64,000 nucleotides of DNA from the human T2T-CHM13v2.0 reference genome, Homo sapiens (GCF_009914755.1 NC_060934.1); one strand, 5' to 3'. Positions 1 to 14,689 are shown, counted from the first letter of the stretch. Program-made: numbers and translations. Notes: generated from the letters alone by a model not told the origin.

Positions 1-790
1 CCCCCAGAAGTTTCCTCGGGCTCTGTTAAACCTTTTCCTTCTCCTGCTCTTCTCTGCTTTTGCCATTCCAGACATTCACTAATCTCCTTTCTGTCACAAT
101 AGTTTGGGATTTCTAGACTTACATATTTGTGGGCTCATAGAGCATGTACTGTTATTTTTGTCTGACTTTATTCACTCAGCCTGATTATTTTTAGATTTAT
201 CCGTGTGGTTAGGTATATCAATATTTCTTTTCCCTGAATTATGAATATTCCAATGCACTGATGTACTACAATTTATATATGTATATACACATCTAGCTCT
301 TGGTGGACATTTTGGTTTTATTATTTTGGTGCTATTACAAATCAAACTAGTGTGAACATTCATGTGTAAATCTTTGCATACACATATGCTTTTTATTTTA
401 GGTAAATACTTAGGATGGCTTGGCAGGTTCATATGGTGGGCATAAGTTTAATGATTTTAAGAAACTGCCAAGCTGATTTCCAAAAAAATTGTGTAATTTT
501 AGTAGTTTTAGAAATTCTAATAGATGTGTGGTGGTATATCATTGTGGTTTTAATTTGTATTTCCTTAATGATGTTCAGCACATTTTCATGTTGTTGTTTT
601 TTTTCAGTACACATTTTGGGGTTAAGTGCTTGTTCATTTTTTCTTTTTTTTTTTTTTAAGTGGGCTATTTTATTACTTAGTTTTGAGTTTTTGTACATGC
701 TAAATGATATATGTCTTTTACAGATGTGTTATTTGGAAAAAACTTTCTCCCAGACTCTGGTTTGACTTGAATTCTTTTAATTGTATTGTG
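1..790 (-). mobile_element. Old L1M (L1MB/MC-type) 3' end fragment
   Basis: Antisense L1 3' UTR/ORF2-end phrases (tttaagaaactgccaa, gtggtatatcattgtggttttaatttg). The minus-strand ORF 429-698 contains degenerate 'IQIKTTMIYH', as in the L1 ORF2 C-terminus. Confidence 0.8.
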
Positions 791-1059
791 AGAATACAAT
801 TAGAAATTGTTCTATCTCGTTAAATGTTCCATGAGGTGCATTTGACACACACAATGTGTTATTAATGATGTCTCCACTAGGCCATATATATGAGCATAAC
901 AATATTACAGGCCAAAACCAAGTTATGTGTAATATGCATCAGTGACCTGGCTCATTGAAGAATTGATGACTCCCAAAATTTAAGAACCTCCTATTTTTAC
1001 TATTTAGTACAGTTAATTGGTAGCAAAGTAAAACTGCAGAATAATGAACCTTGATGTGA

Positions 1060-1220
1060 GAAAGACCTTTGTGCATTATTAGTTCTCTTAATCATGTATA
1101 ACTTTGTGTACTTTCCTCACATGCATAGAAGGGGAAATACTGTTTTATGGATTGTTAGGGGGACTGAATAGTATAGTCTCTGAGTAAGTAATTAGCACAT
1201 TCTAGGTGCTTCCTTATTAT
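1060..1220 (+). mobile_element. MIR SINE relic
   Basis: Degenerate MIR core (tttcctcac...gaaggggaaatac...ggattgttaggg...tagcacattctaggtgct). Confidence 0.45.
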
Positions 1221-1354
1221 CAATAGCATAATGACAAGGAAATTAAAAATTCAACCTTTCCCCAAACACGCGCACAGAACAGAATACTTCATATAAGAAA
1301 ATAAAGGTCAGAAAGATGTAAATTGTTAAGTATTTTGAATAGCTAATTGTGAAG

Positions 1355-1374
1355 ATATATATATATATATATAT
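1355..1374. repeat. (AT)10 microsatellite
   Basis: Read directly from the sequence. Confidence 0.95.
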
Positions 1375-4368
1375 GATCTATATATACAAAATTAGGATAG
1401 TACAGAGGCTCTTTAATTCTCTCTGCATATGAAAAAGAAGCCTGATAAATCCACACATGAAAAAGTCTTCTTGGTCTATACTATGACTACTTGAGAACCC
1501 TCAAGAACTCCACAAATTCTGAGATGATACTTTATCTATAATAATGTAGGTCATAAAAATGTTTCTAATACATTTGAGAGGCAGATATGAGGGACAACAA
1601 GGTTTTTAATATATTAAATATATTGAATTAATCATTCTTACATTCTTTAAAGAGAATGTGATATAAATAATCACTTTTTTATTGTGCGAATAACCCTAAA
1701 ATCTCAAACACCATTTATAAATGAGAGGGCAAAGTACTTCCTTACCAAATATCACAGCACCCATAGTATCTTGAAATAAAATTAGAGACACATTAGCCAT
1801 TGAGAAAAAGTCACATAATTGTACCTTTTTATTTATTAAATGATAAAGTGGAAAAATACAGAAATATTGGGCTTTGCACACTGTTTAGATTGAGATAATA
1901 CATTTCTTAGATAAATGTGCCCTATATTCCCATATTGCACATACAGAGATCAACTGTGTCTTTGGCTTTTGAAGTGAGAAGATCACTTTAATGAACTTAG
2001 ATGATATGATAGGTGACTATGAATCCTTAATAAATAACTTCAAAATAAAATAATGTTCCCCATCATCACATGAGCGTGGATAAAGATGTAGCTGTAATGG
2101 CTTTGCATAAATAAGTGTAAAAGAGGAAAGCTGATACAACTCTAAACATACATGTTTAAGAAGTATGATTAAGTCCCTGGGATTCCAAAAATATTCTAAC
2201 ATTATAAGATACATCAATGAGTTTAATGTCCATTTTGGCAAGCAAAAACAAAGCAAAAAGATAAATGTAAATAAAATATAAAATGTAATAAAAAATATAA
2301 CTGTGCCGTAGTGCTTAAGTCTACAGATGGCAATTTCTACTTAACACATACTATGTGAGATTTTTGCTGGTTATTATGAGAATGGGGAAAACATTAGAGA
2401 AGAGAAAGGCTTTGAGGTCCCATGTGCTGCCCAGCTTATTTCTTTTAGGCTCCATGTTTGACCTTCACAGATCCTCATGAAGGTAAGGACAGAATAACAA
2501 AACACAAGAGATCATTAGCTAGGTAGAGTATAACACATCACTTGGGATACCATTTGTCTTTATCCATCAAAAATATTTATTATTTTTCAGCTTCCTACAG
2601 AATATGTAGTGGTAGGCCTGGCACATGTCATCATCCAAACTGAGTATAATTTTCTTGACTTTGGTACTTGCAACCATCTACATAAAATATATTGCAACTC
2701 ATCTAGACCTAAAGTTGTCCTCTTTCTCTGAAAAACTACAGCTGCTGTAATTCAGTCTTCAATAAAACACATAAACTCATGCTTAATTGTACATATACAT
2801 AATATAAAGATATTGCATCACACTCAAAAGGATGAGCAAGTCAAGGAAAGAAGGGGGTCATGTTGAGAAAAATAATATCAGAAAAGGGAACATTATCTCA
2901 TGTTGGAAATGAGTGGTCCTTTTGACACCGATGCACCATAGGAAATAGAGGACATGGTTGAGAAATACATTATCAATGTTCTAAACAAAATTCAAAAGGC
3001 AACTGAAAATTAGGAGTTTTTTCATGTCTTTTGGGTGCCAGACCATCATGTCTATTCTATTCAGATAATTAGACAGTCTGGAAAAGATTGGAATATCTTT
3101 AGAGGAAATGCTGAGAGAAAAAATAGGCAAATTCTATCTTCTAACATACATTATCCTAATATGTGAGTCAGTAGCCTTGTGAGCAAGGCCACTGTATTGG
3201 GAGAGCATTTTCTGGCCTTCAGACCTACTTTAGCGCAAAAGCAACATAGGATTCAGATCTAGCGATCTCTCCTGAGATTATTACAGTTTCTATGTCTGAT
3301 CAATAGTGAGAGGATGGTGAATAAAAGTGTGGTCTCTTCTTCTAGCCTACAACATTTGTGAGAAGAAAACTTAGATAGAAAAGTGATATATTCAGAGAGA
3401 GGTGTTTTGGTATGTAAGATAGGTAAATGCCAAAGGCAGAGTATGGTCTCTTGCCTTCACATGCCTTTGAGAATTCTGAAAGCCTCATCAAAGTAAACTT
3501 TGTAGTTTATTATTGTCAAAAAGAGGGGCACTCTGAATTCTAAGCTTTATTAGCAGTCATTAGTTCTTACGTGTTATACACATCATCTTAGCAGAGAATT
3601 TAGCTAATAAGTGGACCAAAACAGGTATTTGTAGCAAGGACAGGTGGTTTTGAAGAAGGCTGTAGAATATGCCTCATTTTTTTTTACAGCCAGCAGGATT
3701 CAAATTCAGACTTCATCACAGTGCAAAGTGCTGGTCACTACTGTGCCCTAATCAAGGTCACAAATCATGTAGAGACTCTGACTTCAGATGTAAAGGTCTG
3801 GGGGAACAAGGAATGTCATATCAAAGAATAAAGGAGGCAGAGGGCATAGTTCTTAACACATTTTTATTTATATGATCATGAGGACTTTCTGAGTTATACA
3901 ATACCTGACACTTCTTGTTCCTCACCCCACATACATACACCCCCAGACGCTACTTTAGTGAGAGAATTTGGAGGAAACATTGGCAACACCAAAAGACTGA
4001 GCATTTTTTTCATTCAAAAGAGACCAAATAATGCACAGCTCGATCAATTATATAATTGGATTTATTTATTTCTCCTCCCTAGCTAACAAGAATATGGAGG
4101 CTTCTGTTGTAGGCTGGATTAGTTACAGTTTAAGTAAAATAAATTTTACTTTCTCAGTAGATCAAATATTTAATTTTGTCAATAAATTAGTGTGATCTAA
4201 CTGTAAGAATAATGTGAAGTCATTTCCTTGAAGACAAGGAAAAATATTTTAAAATTAAAAGCTATCAAAAAAAGCAGTGAATAACAGGTAAAAGAAGAAA
4301 CACAGTATCTAGTAAAGTAAAAAAATGCAAAAAAAATTCTCACAAATCAAAAGAAAAGAGTAAAGAGT

Positions 4369-4556
4369 AACCAATAATTAAACAAAAAACATTGAGATGC
4401 ATGGAGAATTTATCTGGAATATTCTGTCACCAAATTAGGGAAATTAATGAAAAAAAGAGTGATTATAAACCAATAATTAAACAAACAACATTGAGATGCA
4501 TGGAGGATTGATCTGGAATATTCCATCACTGAATTAGAGAGATTAATTGAAAAAAA
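4369..4556. repeat. Imperfect tandem duplication, period 99 bp
   Basis: aaccaataattaaacaaa..cattgagatgcatggag..atctggaatatt occurs at 4369 and again at 4468. Confidence 0.9.
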
Positions 4557-4581
4557 TAAATGAGAATGGAAATAATAATAA

Positions 4582-4743
4582 TTTTTCTTTTTTTTTTTTT
4601 TTTAAGATGGAGTTTCACTCTTGTCACCCAAGCTGGAGTGCAATGGATCTTGGCTCACTGCAGCCTCTGCCCCCCAGGTTCAAGCAATTCTCTTGCCTCA
4701 GCTTTCTGAGTAGCTGAGTTTACAAGTACCTGCCACCACACCT
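4582..4743 (-). mobile_element. Alu right arm only (5'-truncated AluS, Sq/Sp-like)
   Basis: Poly-T, then gatggagtttcactcttgtcaccca...tgccaccacacct. No left arm. Confidence 0.9.
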
Positions 4744-5212
4744 ATTTCTAAAAGATATTTTTCCTCAATTTAAAGGAAATCACATATTAAAAATTTCATT
4801 TCCAGGCAAACTTAATGAGAAATGTAATATAATACATCTCCTCCCGGACTTTTCAAACATTCATGACAAGGAAATATAGAAGATTGAGAAGGAAAATCAT
4901 CCAAAGATATTGGAATTAGATTGACACTTAAACTATCTACATTATTAGACACTGGGGTATATTAGGTGGCCCTCAGCTTGAAAAGTTTCAGCTTAAAATT
5001 CTTATTCCAGCAAATATGTTACATGTGTTCATAGTAAATAGGAATTTTGAAATACACAAAAAAGGAAATTTTTAAAAAATTCTAAAAATTACACTAAAAA
5101 CCAAAAATGATAATTAATACCCAGATTTAAAAAAATATGAAATATGTATTATAATGCACTGAAAATGAGAAATTTAACCATAAATGTTTATGTGATTACC
5201 ATTGATTGAATA

Positions 5213-5378
5213 TACTATTTATTAAGCATTTGCTAAGTGCCATTTAGCTAAATATTTTAACTAAAATAATATATTTAATCTGTAAATTATTTGTGTGAGG
5301 TAAGTCCTCACCCCAACTATTATCTCCATATTCTCACTGATGATTTAATGATGGTAATAAAGTAAATTGTCCTTGAGC
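5213..5378 (-). mobile_element. MIR relic
   Basis: atttattaagcatttgctaagtgcca...tgtgaggtaagt...tattatctccatatt...aaagtaaattgtcc. Confidence 0.55.
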
Positions 5379-7731
5379 AGAATAACTTGCTTGGTTAGTG
5401 TGTATGTGTTTCGGGTGTGGGGGTGCATTTCCATGAGAAAGCATATAAATATTGTTTAAAAATTAAAACAATAAAATTTTAATCTGAGATTAAATTAAAT
5501 TAACAAATACTGAAAAAGAGTTGGGTATGTAAACATTCTCTATTCCTCATTTTACAAAATAAAGAGTAATAATTTCCCAGATTACATAAAATATAATAAT
5601 TCATACTTATGACAGATAAAACTGTTATAGAATTTCTGAATTATTTACACGACAGCTCTAAACAAGTGATGGAATTAAAGCTTGTTCTTCACAGGTTCTT
5701 AGAATGTGACTATAGGGAGAAGAAAATCAGTTATTAAATTCTAGATGAGTTACATTGTGGATAGGTCAAACATTTCTCTCACTGTAGCCTTGCTTGTCTA
5801 ATCATCTGATCACTGGAAAAGCAGCGTTTATACAGTCTGTAATCTGTTTGCTTGCTGTTTATAATAATATACATATTATAATACATTATCAATTAATTTC
5901 TTGAAACTTTTGCTAAGCAGGTACATATGACATGATCATTTTACTTATTTGAATTCAGAAGTGTTTTTGTTTTGTGTCTCTTGTCCCATAGAAACATAGC
6001 CCATCTCACCAGAAACTTGTCATCTAGCTGGAGAGACAACACTAATACAATGTATTGTCAATGGACAACAAAGTGCATTCATAAAGCAATATATTGTTCA
6101 GTGCAATTAGAAGACAAGGGGTTTATAATCTGTGGTTACTTATAGAGTATACATGATGAGGGTAAAACACACTTCAGGTTAGCAAGGCTATATAATGTTT
6201 AGGGAAGAATTTAGCAGTCATGCTTGAAGAAAGCCTTAAGTGATAGCATAGGTAGAGAGGCATACAGAAATTATTTTATGAACCACCTAAGCCAAAACAA
6301 AAGTAATGTGGGCTAGCCAGACTTAGAAATAGAGGATACAGCACAGGAAAGAAGAGATACAAAATTAAGAGGTTATTCAGATTGACCTGAAAGTTGAACT
6401 CCAAATTGGAAACATTTGGTAGTTCAAATATCAGTTATTTGACTGTCTATACCTGTAACAAGCACAATGTTGAAAGTGACTTTTATTTCTGTATTAAAAA
6501 TTCAGTTATTCCTATGGCCAACCAGAAAGAAACCAAAGGTCATAAAGAAATAAAAATGGCATGTGAATGAAGGAAGTCTGTTTATTATAGAGCATTACAA
6601 AAATAGAAGAGAGAGAATTAGCCAAAGCAGGCACCTTCTGCTTCCTTAATGTCCTTTGGGCCTGTATATAAGTAGTGAATGTTAAATATTCTAAAACACT
6701 CTGGAAGCCTGCCTTACCAGCACTGATTAAAAGAACTGAATACCAAATGTAACCAACAGATTTCCTTTTCATTTATCTGCTACTGAGAATACTAAATATT
6801 TTCTTATCTCCATCACTCTTAGAAGTTCTCTTGCAACGTGCCTATCTATACATATTCATCACTCTGACAGCAGAATCAAGAATAAAAATTCAGATAAGAA
6901 AGCATGATGTTCATTCTTTTATCTTTTAAATATGGGACACACATAAAAATAGATATTTGAAGACAGCTTCTTAGAATGAACAATAAAAATAACTACAGTG
7001 TATCCTCATTTTACCCTGTTAAGAGTAGAACAATGGCACATACCAATCATTTGGATTGTGGCTACTCATAATTCCTCTTCCCCTAAAAGTCAACCGTGAA
7101 GGGCCCATCTATAAGAAATCCTAGATTTACTGCCTCAGGGATTATACTTCTACAGATCATTCCTAGCCTACTACCACTCAGGCAGTAGGAAGGATGATCT
7201 AAACACTCAGGTTGAAGACTTTGGAAGTCATAGCAATTCTTGAGCTGAATGTCTGGGTGAGGCTTCATTGTACTATACTCAGACAAATACCTCAAAGACA
7301 AGAGATAAGTTTAATATTTGAAAAACTTATTTCATCATTACTGTATTTTTACACTTTCTGTTCTCTGAATAACAGCTTAGAGAAGAGGATTTTGCCCCCT
7401 TTGCACTGTTGTCTCATTTGTCAGAGGCCAGAAAGATTCTTTTAGTAATTTAACTATATGATGCCAACTAATAATACGCCTAAAAGAGGCAAGAAATTTC
7501 CTCTGCAAAACATTGTTTTGTTTAATTTGGGATATTTTTATTGCAATTTGTCTTTCTGTTTTGGTTACTGATATTTTGGGAACCAAAGAAACAATAGTTC
7601 TTATTATTTTGAGGTATATATCACTAAAAAGAACAAGCTGAATCAGTCAAGGTTTTTTTTAGCCATACACGTTAGTCTACTTTTCTTTTAAAATTTATTT
7701 GGCTATTGGTGATACTATAACTGAAAAATAG

Positions 7732-8038
<307 letters not shown>

Positions 8039-9811
8039 GAGTACTTTTAAAGAAACAAAGTAGGTAAACATAAATGCAAATCAGTTATTTTTTATTTAAC
8101 TTTCAATTTTATTTTACTATAGTCAATTAGAAACATGCATTGAAAGTATAATCATAAAGCATTCACATCTAATTTTGCCTCCTTCAAAAACTAGAGTAGA
8201 AACAGCTGAGATACACGAGTTTGAAAAGATTCCAAATTCTATCCAGCTGTTGACTTTTCTGAAAGTTCTGGTGAGAATATAAGAATGAAAACATGACTGA
8301 AATAAGGAACTACAATGCTTCTTTCTTGATTTATTCCCTAGATTAAGGTGCAACTGAATTTCCCAGCGGAAAAAAAAAAAAATAGCTTAGCTCCATGAAC
8401 TAGATTTTTACTTGTAATATGAATGCCAAGTCATGCCAATAAGATGTTTTTTTAAAAAATGTTTCTTCTCCTTAAGTTTTCCTAAAATCCAGGGCCTTGA
8501 AGATTGACATTTACTTTTCAGATTTTAATATTTCTGCACTTTCTTCCTTCCTTTTAGCAACCACTCAGGCAGAACAACATTGGTTACAAGAGTCTCTTCA
8601 AAGAGAAAAGAGCCACAAATAAGTGAATTGGCATATCCAAATGCTTTCGTTGTTAAATGCAATATTTTCCCCTAATAATATACAAAGTAAAAAAAACAAT
8701 GTTTCTAATATTAAAATCTCAGGTAATAAGTTAATTCAATTTAATATTAGGTGCTTTTATGTGACTCCAATAAGCAATTACATATTGAGAATAAAGAGCC
8801 ATACACATATATTTTAAAAAGAACTCTTTCAGGGTCTTACTATAACCCAAATTCAGATTTTAGGTTTTATGTTTTTCCAAATATTGATTACTTCATACTT
8901 TCCCATGGTCTTGCTCCTGTGGCTGTTGGATTTGGATAAATGTTTCTACATGAGTTACATTCTGTGTATGAATTGCTGCATGACAGTTGCCACATAATAC
9001 GTTGGCAAGAAAGTCTTTGTTGGATGGCAAATAAATTAAGCAAAACAAACATTTGCATTCTGCTTCAAACAATTAATACTGTACTTGAATAAACCAGCAA
9101 ATAGTGGACATCTCTATACAAGTGGGTTTTCAATAAAGGGAAAGAACAATCACAACGTAATTGCAACATATCGATGATAGTTGTAACTTGAATTCAAAAA
9201 TCAACACTCTACTTATGATTCTCTTTTGAGATACAGCTCTTAGTTTGTAAACCGTTGACATGAAATTTTAAACATATACTTGAATATTAAATAAAACATA
9301 ACATACCTTATTTGCAGGTCTTTGGAATGGTATTTCGAAACATGACAATGCAAATTCCTGTAAATAAAAAGAACTTATTCAGTCAAAGGCATTTTCTAAT
9401 TTGAATTGAAACAACAATTATGTATTATTTAAAAGAAAACTATTTGTTAACTACTAAGTATTTCTTTATAACTTCTGGTGTTTACATATTTTGTAGCTTG
9501 TTTTATATGTTCTTATAGCCAGAAACAAATGTAATATATGTGTGTACCATTAGAAATGTGCTAATTCTACTTAAATTTTGTATTCACAAAATGTTTTATC
9601 TTTAAGTGCTTTTAGATTCAGATATTAGATCATTTTGGAAACTAATTTTTCAAATTTCACAAGCAATATGGAAATAATGCATAAGGCATATTGTGCTTGG
9701 ATTTGATATGCTAGATATTTTACCTAAAACTGAGCAATAAATATAACTGAATATATTTGATGATTACACCTGGGTATTAAAACAGCTTATGAAAAAATCC
9801 TTCTTTCTGTA

Positions 9812-10115
9812 TAATATAGTTTGGATATCCCCTCCAAATCTCATGTTGAGACGTAATCTCCAGTGTTAGAGGTGGGGCCTGATGGGAGGTATTTGAGTCA
9901 TGAGGGCAGATCCCTCATGGCCTGGTGCTGTCCTGGTGACTGTGAGTTCTCACGATGTCTGGTTGTTTAAAAGTGTGTGAGGCCTCCTCAGAAGCAGATG
10001 CTGGCACAATGCTTCCTGTACAGACTGCAGAACCATGAGCCAATTAAACCTCTTTTCTTAAAAATTAGCCAGTCTCAGGTATTTCTTTATAGCAATGCAA
10101 GAACAACCTAACACA
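9812..10115 (+). mobile_element. MSTB-like MaLR solo LTR with an internal deletion
   Basis: Starts taatatagtttgg, contains ccaaatctcatgttg and gaagcagatgctggc, ends ctaacaca. Jumps directly from aaagtgtgtg to aggcctcc. Confidence 0.85.
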
Positions 10116-10427
10116 TAGTACATATATTTAATATGTTCATTTATTTAAAAATGGAAGAATGATATATTTCACACTGTAATATTTTGAAGAATATCATAAT
10201 AAAGTTTTGGATAAAATAATACAATAATAAACTAGGGTTATTTTCATATCTTGAAAAAACTATAATTTATTATGTTGGCTTTGAGACAAGATATCTAAGT
10301 TAATATTTAAGAGAAGATAATTAAGGAATATTCCAGGATGATAATCACACTATATTTTATTTATATTTCCCAGATTTTTCAGCAACTCTTTCTCTCAATA
10401 AGATAAAGATATAATCCATTGTATCAT

Positions 10428-10504
10428 TTTTCTAGCCAATAAATACCTAGTTAAGTACTTACTGGAATACTGAATTTTCTATCCAATAAATACCTAGTTC
10501 AGTA
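10428..10504. repeat. 30-bp direct repeat, period 47 bp
   Basis: ttttctagccaataaatacctagttaagta versus ttttctatccaataaatacctagttcagta. Confidence 0.9.
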
Positions 10505-11246
10505 TTGTTCTAATGAGTATTTATTTACTCCCTGGAATGAGGCAGACTCCTATGAAAGCACTTTCCTTTTTAAAATGTAGTCCCAAGGAAAACAGTACAA
10601 GAAACATTTTGAATCCTGAATATATAGATAACATGTAGCATGAAAGATTCTAGTTCTAACCATAGTTTCAGTATATCATGTCCATTTAAAAAATACAAAA
10701 CTGGTAAATTAAAAGAGTAGATGTATATTTGTTAATGCTAAGTGTTTTACTACAAAAGCGAAATCATATATGGTACAATAAGAGACAAAGGTACAAAATC
10801 ATAGAAGGGGAAGGAAACTTGGAGATCATGGAGACTGAACTCCATTTTTCTGCAAGATAGAGTCTTGCTTAAGTCATGCAGCACATTCATAACAAGCCTG
10901 GAATTGGAAGCTATCATAAAAGTAACGATTGCCATTTAAAAAAAGTATTATTACACGAAAAGAAATTCAGCTGTATGAAGTTCCTGTAAATAATTCACTT
11001 GCTGGACGTAGAGTATTTATTTGTAGAAATTAGATGAATATAAAGTGGATCTAAGTTATATCCTAATACATGAAGATGATGCAAATAACTGATGCTGAAA
11101 TAGTTTATCCTTAAGGTATTTTTTAGTTCTTTAATTTTTATCTTAATATTTCAAATTTTATTATTTATCACAAGGATACAAAAGCAAATATCTATTTAAA
11201 TGGTGCTAGCTTTCTTTTTCAGCTGTTTCTAAGAGTGAGAAAATAA

Positions 11247-11651
<405 letters not shown>

Positions 11652-11949
11652 AAAGATTATATCTTTCTATTTGTATTACTCTTATAACTTTCTAACAAAG
11701 GAATGACATATTTTTCAATATGTATTTCAGTAGAAAATAATTTTTAGAGTTGCTTAAAATTTGCTGTGCATTCCAATAATAAAGTGCTTTAAAAAAAAAA
11801 GACATTTAATCAAAGCCTCCCTAAAATGTTTCTCAATTGTAACAATTAGTATTCTTTATCTGCCTATGCAATTAACTGTAAGAAAAAAAATTAAAACATA
11901 TACACCCACAAAAGATTGACTGTGTTGTTGTCACTAATTGTTTAAATAT

Positions 11950-12270
11950 TTTACTTACTTATTTAAGGCATGTTCCAACTTATTGATCACTATATACCAG
12001 GTGTATCTGCCATCTTCCTAGACAACTGGAATATATCAGTAAACACATTTTTAAAAGTCTTTTACTTCGGCACTTACTTGGCAGCAATACCCAGGAAATA
12101 AACAATGTGCAACACAAATAAAACAAGTAAATTATATATAATATTCGAACGTGATAATTTTAAGGGGAAAATTGTCAGTGTAAAAAAAAGAAGGTTGTGA
12201 GTAAGGTGGCTGAAACTTATAATATTTAATAAACAGGGCAGATTGAAGGAGATTTGAGCAAAGTCTTAAA
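11950..12270 (-). mobile_element. L2 3' end relic
   Basis: ttattgatcactatataccagg...ctggaatatatcagtaaaca...aaataaacaa. Confidence 0.45.
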
Positions 12271-12888
12271 TAATCCTTGTTGATTTTATCTAAAGTTTAG
12301 GATAAAGTTTGTTAGTATTTAGTTAAGGTGGTAACTGAATAAATGATAAAAGTTAAACTTGTTTGCATTTCAAAAGGAAGAAATTAATTTCAATCCATTA
12401 CTTTTACAAATAAAAATTGCATTCTACAGATTTATTCAGGAATGCCTTTGACATTAAAAGCATTGCTATGATTTGGTTTTTTAACACAAACATCACCAAG
12501 ATATATTCCAATTTGCTTAAACAAAAAGTTTATATATGACAATGTATAAATGGCAACAATACCTTGTTCTAGATATGAATTTCACTACTGAATAGGAGCA
12601 TAGTGTGGAAATTAACCTTCAGCGACCCAGTTTATGTCTCAGTTTCAATGTAGTAAACTTGTCACAAAATGTTTCAGTTTCATAATAAGCAAGCCAAGCT
12701 ACCAAAAAGCTCTCCCCTTTATCTTGTAATTAGAGTATTATGATAGTATTGGTCAACAGGCAATGTTCAGATTGCTTTAGGAATTAATTATTAAAAGATG
12801 CAGCACTAGATTTTCACATTTAGGGTATCATTTGTGCTCTAGACCTTGTGATAACAATAACCAAGTGAATATTAAAATAGAACAAAGC

Positions 12889-13162
12889 AGCCAGGTGTGG
12901 TGGCTCGTGCCTGCAATCCCAACATTTTGGAAGGCCGAGGCAGGTGTATCACTTGAGCTCAGAAGTTAAAGAACAGCCTGGGCAACAAAGTAAGACCCCC
13001 CTCCACCATCTCTACAAAAAATTAGCCTGGTGTGGTGGCGTCTGTATGCCAGCTACTCAGGAGCCTGAGGTGGAAGGATCACTTGAGCCTGGGAAGTGGA
13101 GGTTGCAGTGAGCTGAATGATAGAGTGAGACCCTGTCTCAAAAATAAATAAATGAATAAAAT
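12889..13162 (+). mobile_element. AluJ with a deletion in the right arm
   Basis: J-type atcacttgagc motifs; 15-bp TSD aaaatagaacaaagc (12874) / aaaataggacaaagc (13163). Confidence 0.92.
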
Positions 13163-14134
13163 AAAATAGGACAAAGCTAGTGCATTAAGGTTACAGTTTT
13201 CTGGAACTGCTTAATTGGTACAATTTTATTGCAGAACCTCATCAACCAGTGTCAAGTCTCTTTGAAATATATGTAATATTGCTTTCGAATGTAGATTTTG
13301 GTGTTTATAAGACACAGATAATTTTATCATCTGGTGGCAATATACATGCTAATAATGTGATTTATTCATGAATTTGCCTTATATTTTAGCAACTGACATA
13401 CACACATATATTTATTTCATGACCACATTATTTTAGAGATTTACTCCTACCTTAAATAAATGTCATTTTTTTCTAACATGTAGTCAATGTAATTTACCTG
13501 GCACCTACATAGATAGTCTCATGTAGTCCTTATATGACTCATATTATAATCCATTACTTCTATAGAAAAACCTCACTGAAAATGACTTGATAATGCTTGT
13601 GAATATATAGTTAAGATCCCTATTGCCTCTTTTAATAAATCAGTTTGAGCAAATAAAAGTGAAATATTTGTAGTCATTTATTTCAAAAGTTCTAGGAATA
13701 AATCCTATACAATGTATTTGGGAGATAACCTAATTATTATGGAATGCATTAATTTCTTCTCATCAGAAAATCATAATTTTATAACTGTGCATCTGAAGGT
13801 CTTCTATATATATATTTATTAAGCAAATTTACCAAATATTCATATTGATACATTCCAAATGATTTTTTTTTGCAATGTTACAGGACCCGTTCTTCCAAAA
13901 GCTCATGAAATCACAGCTTCAAATTCACCAGTAGTTTAATGTAACTGAAACAAGCAAACAAACAAATGACTGTCTCATTTATATTCAAAGAATGAATTTT
14001 ATTTTATATCTTGATATTAAGTTGTTGGACTTAATCAATAAGCTCTATACCTACTTTCATATATTATCATGTCAGATAAAAAACAAATGTGGATGCACGT
14101 GTCACTATCCTATTTGAAAGAGCTGATACACCAC

Positions 14135-14514
14135 TGATACTGTTTGGTTTTGTGTCCCCACCCAAATCTCATGTTGAGTTGTAATCCTCAATGCTGGGGG
14201 AGGAGGCTGGTGGGAGATGATTGGATTATGGGGTCAGATTTCTCCCTTGTCATTCTCGTGATAATGATTTCTCAGGAGATCTGGTTGTTGGAAAGTGTGT
14301 AGCACATCCCCCTTTGGTCCCTCTCTCTTCTGTCACCATATTAAGAGATGCTTGCTTCCCCTTGCCATTCTGCCATGACTGTAAGTTTCCTGAGGCTTCC
14401 TCAGCCATGCTTTCTGTACAGCCTGTGGAACTGTGAGTCAATTAAACCTCTTCTCTTTATAAATTACCCAGTTTCGGGTAGTTCTTTATAGCAGTGTGCA
14501 AACAGACTAATATA
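14135..14514 (+). mobile_element. MSTA-like MaLR solo LTR
   Basis: tgatactgtttgg...cccacccaaatctcatgttg...gactaatata; near-TSD accac/acaac. Confidence 0.9.
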
Positions 14515-14689
14515 ACAACAAACCAGAAGATATGTCATTTCTGGGCGAAATATCAGTGCCCTTACTGAGGATGTATATTTGCTCTCTCCCCCAAATGGTT
14601 GTAATCTGCTCTAGATAAATAAATTCATGGAATGTTTGTACCTTGGTTGCATCTTCTCATTAGCTATTTATTTCAGTCATTTGAGAGGG

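Larger units (their letters stand above)
4200..5100 (+). mobile_element. Highly decayed L1 ORF1/HAL1-like remnant, interrupted by an Alu
   Basis: A-rich sense strand. 'ggaattagattgacacttaaactatc...aaaattcttattccagcaaat' resembles the L1/HAL1 ORF1 3' region. Confidence 0.35.

Noticed and set aside
415-765. Hydrophobic 116-aa ORF resembling a membrane protein
   Set aside because: It is the antisense translation of T-rich L1 sequence. The same explanation applies to ORFs at 37064-38706, 48659 and 52627.
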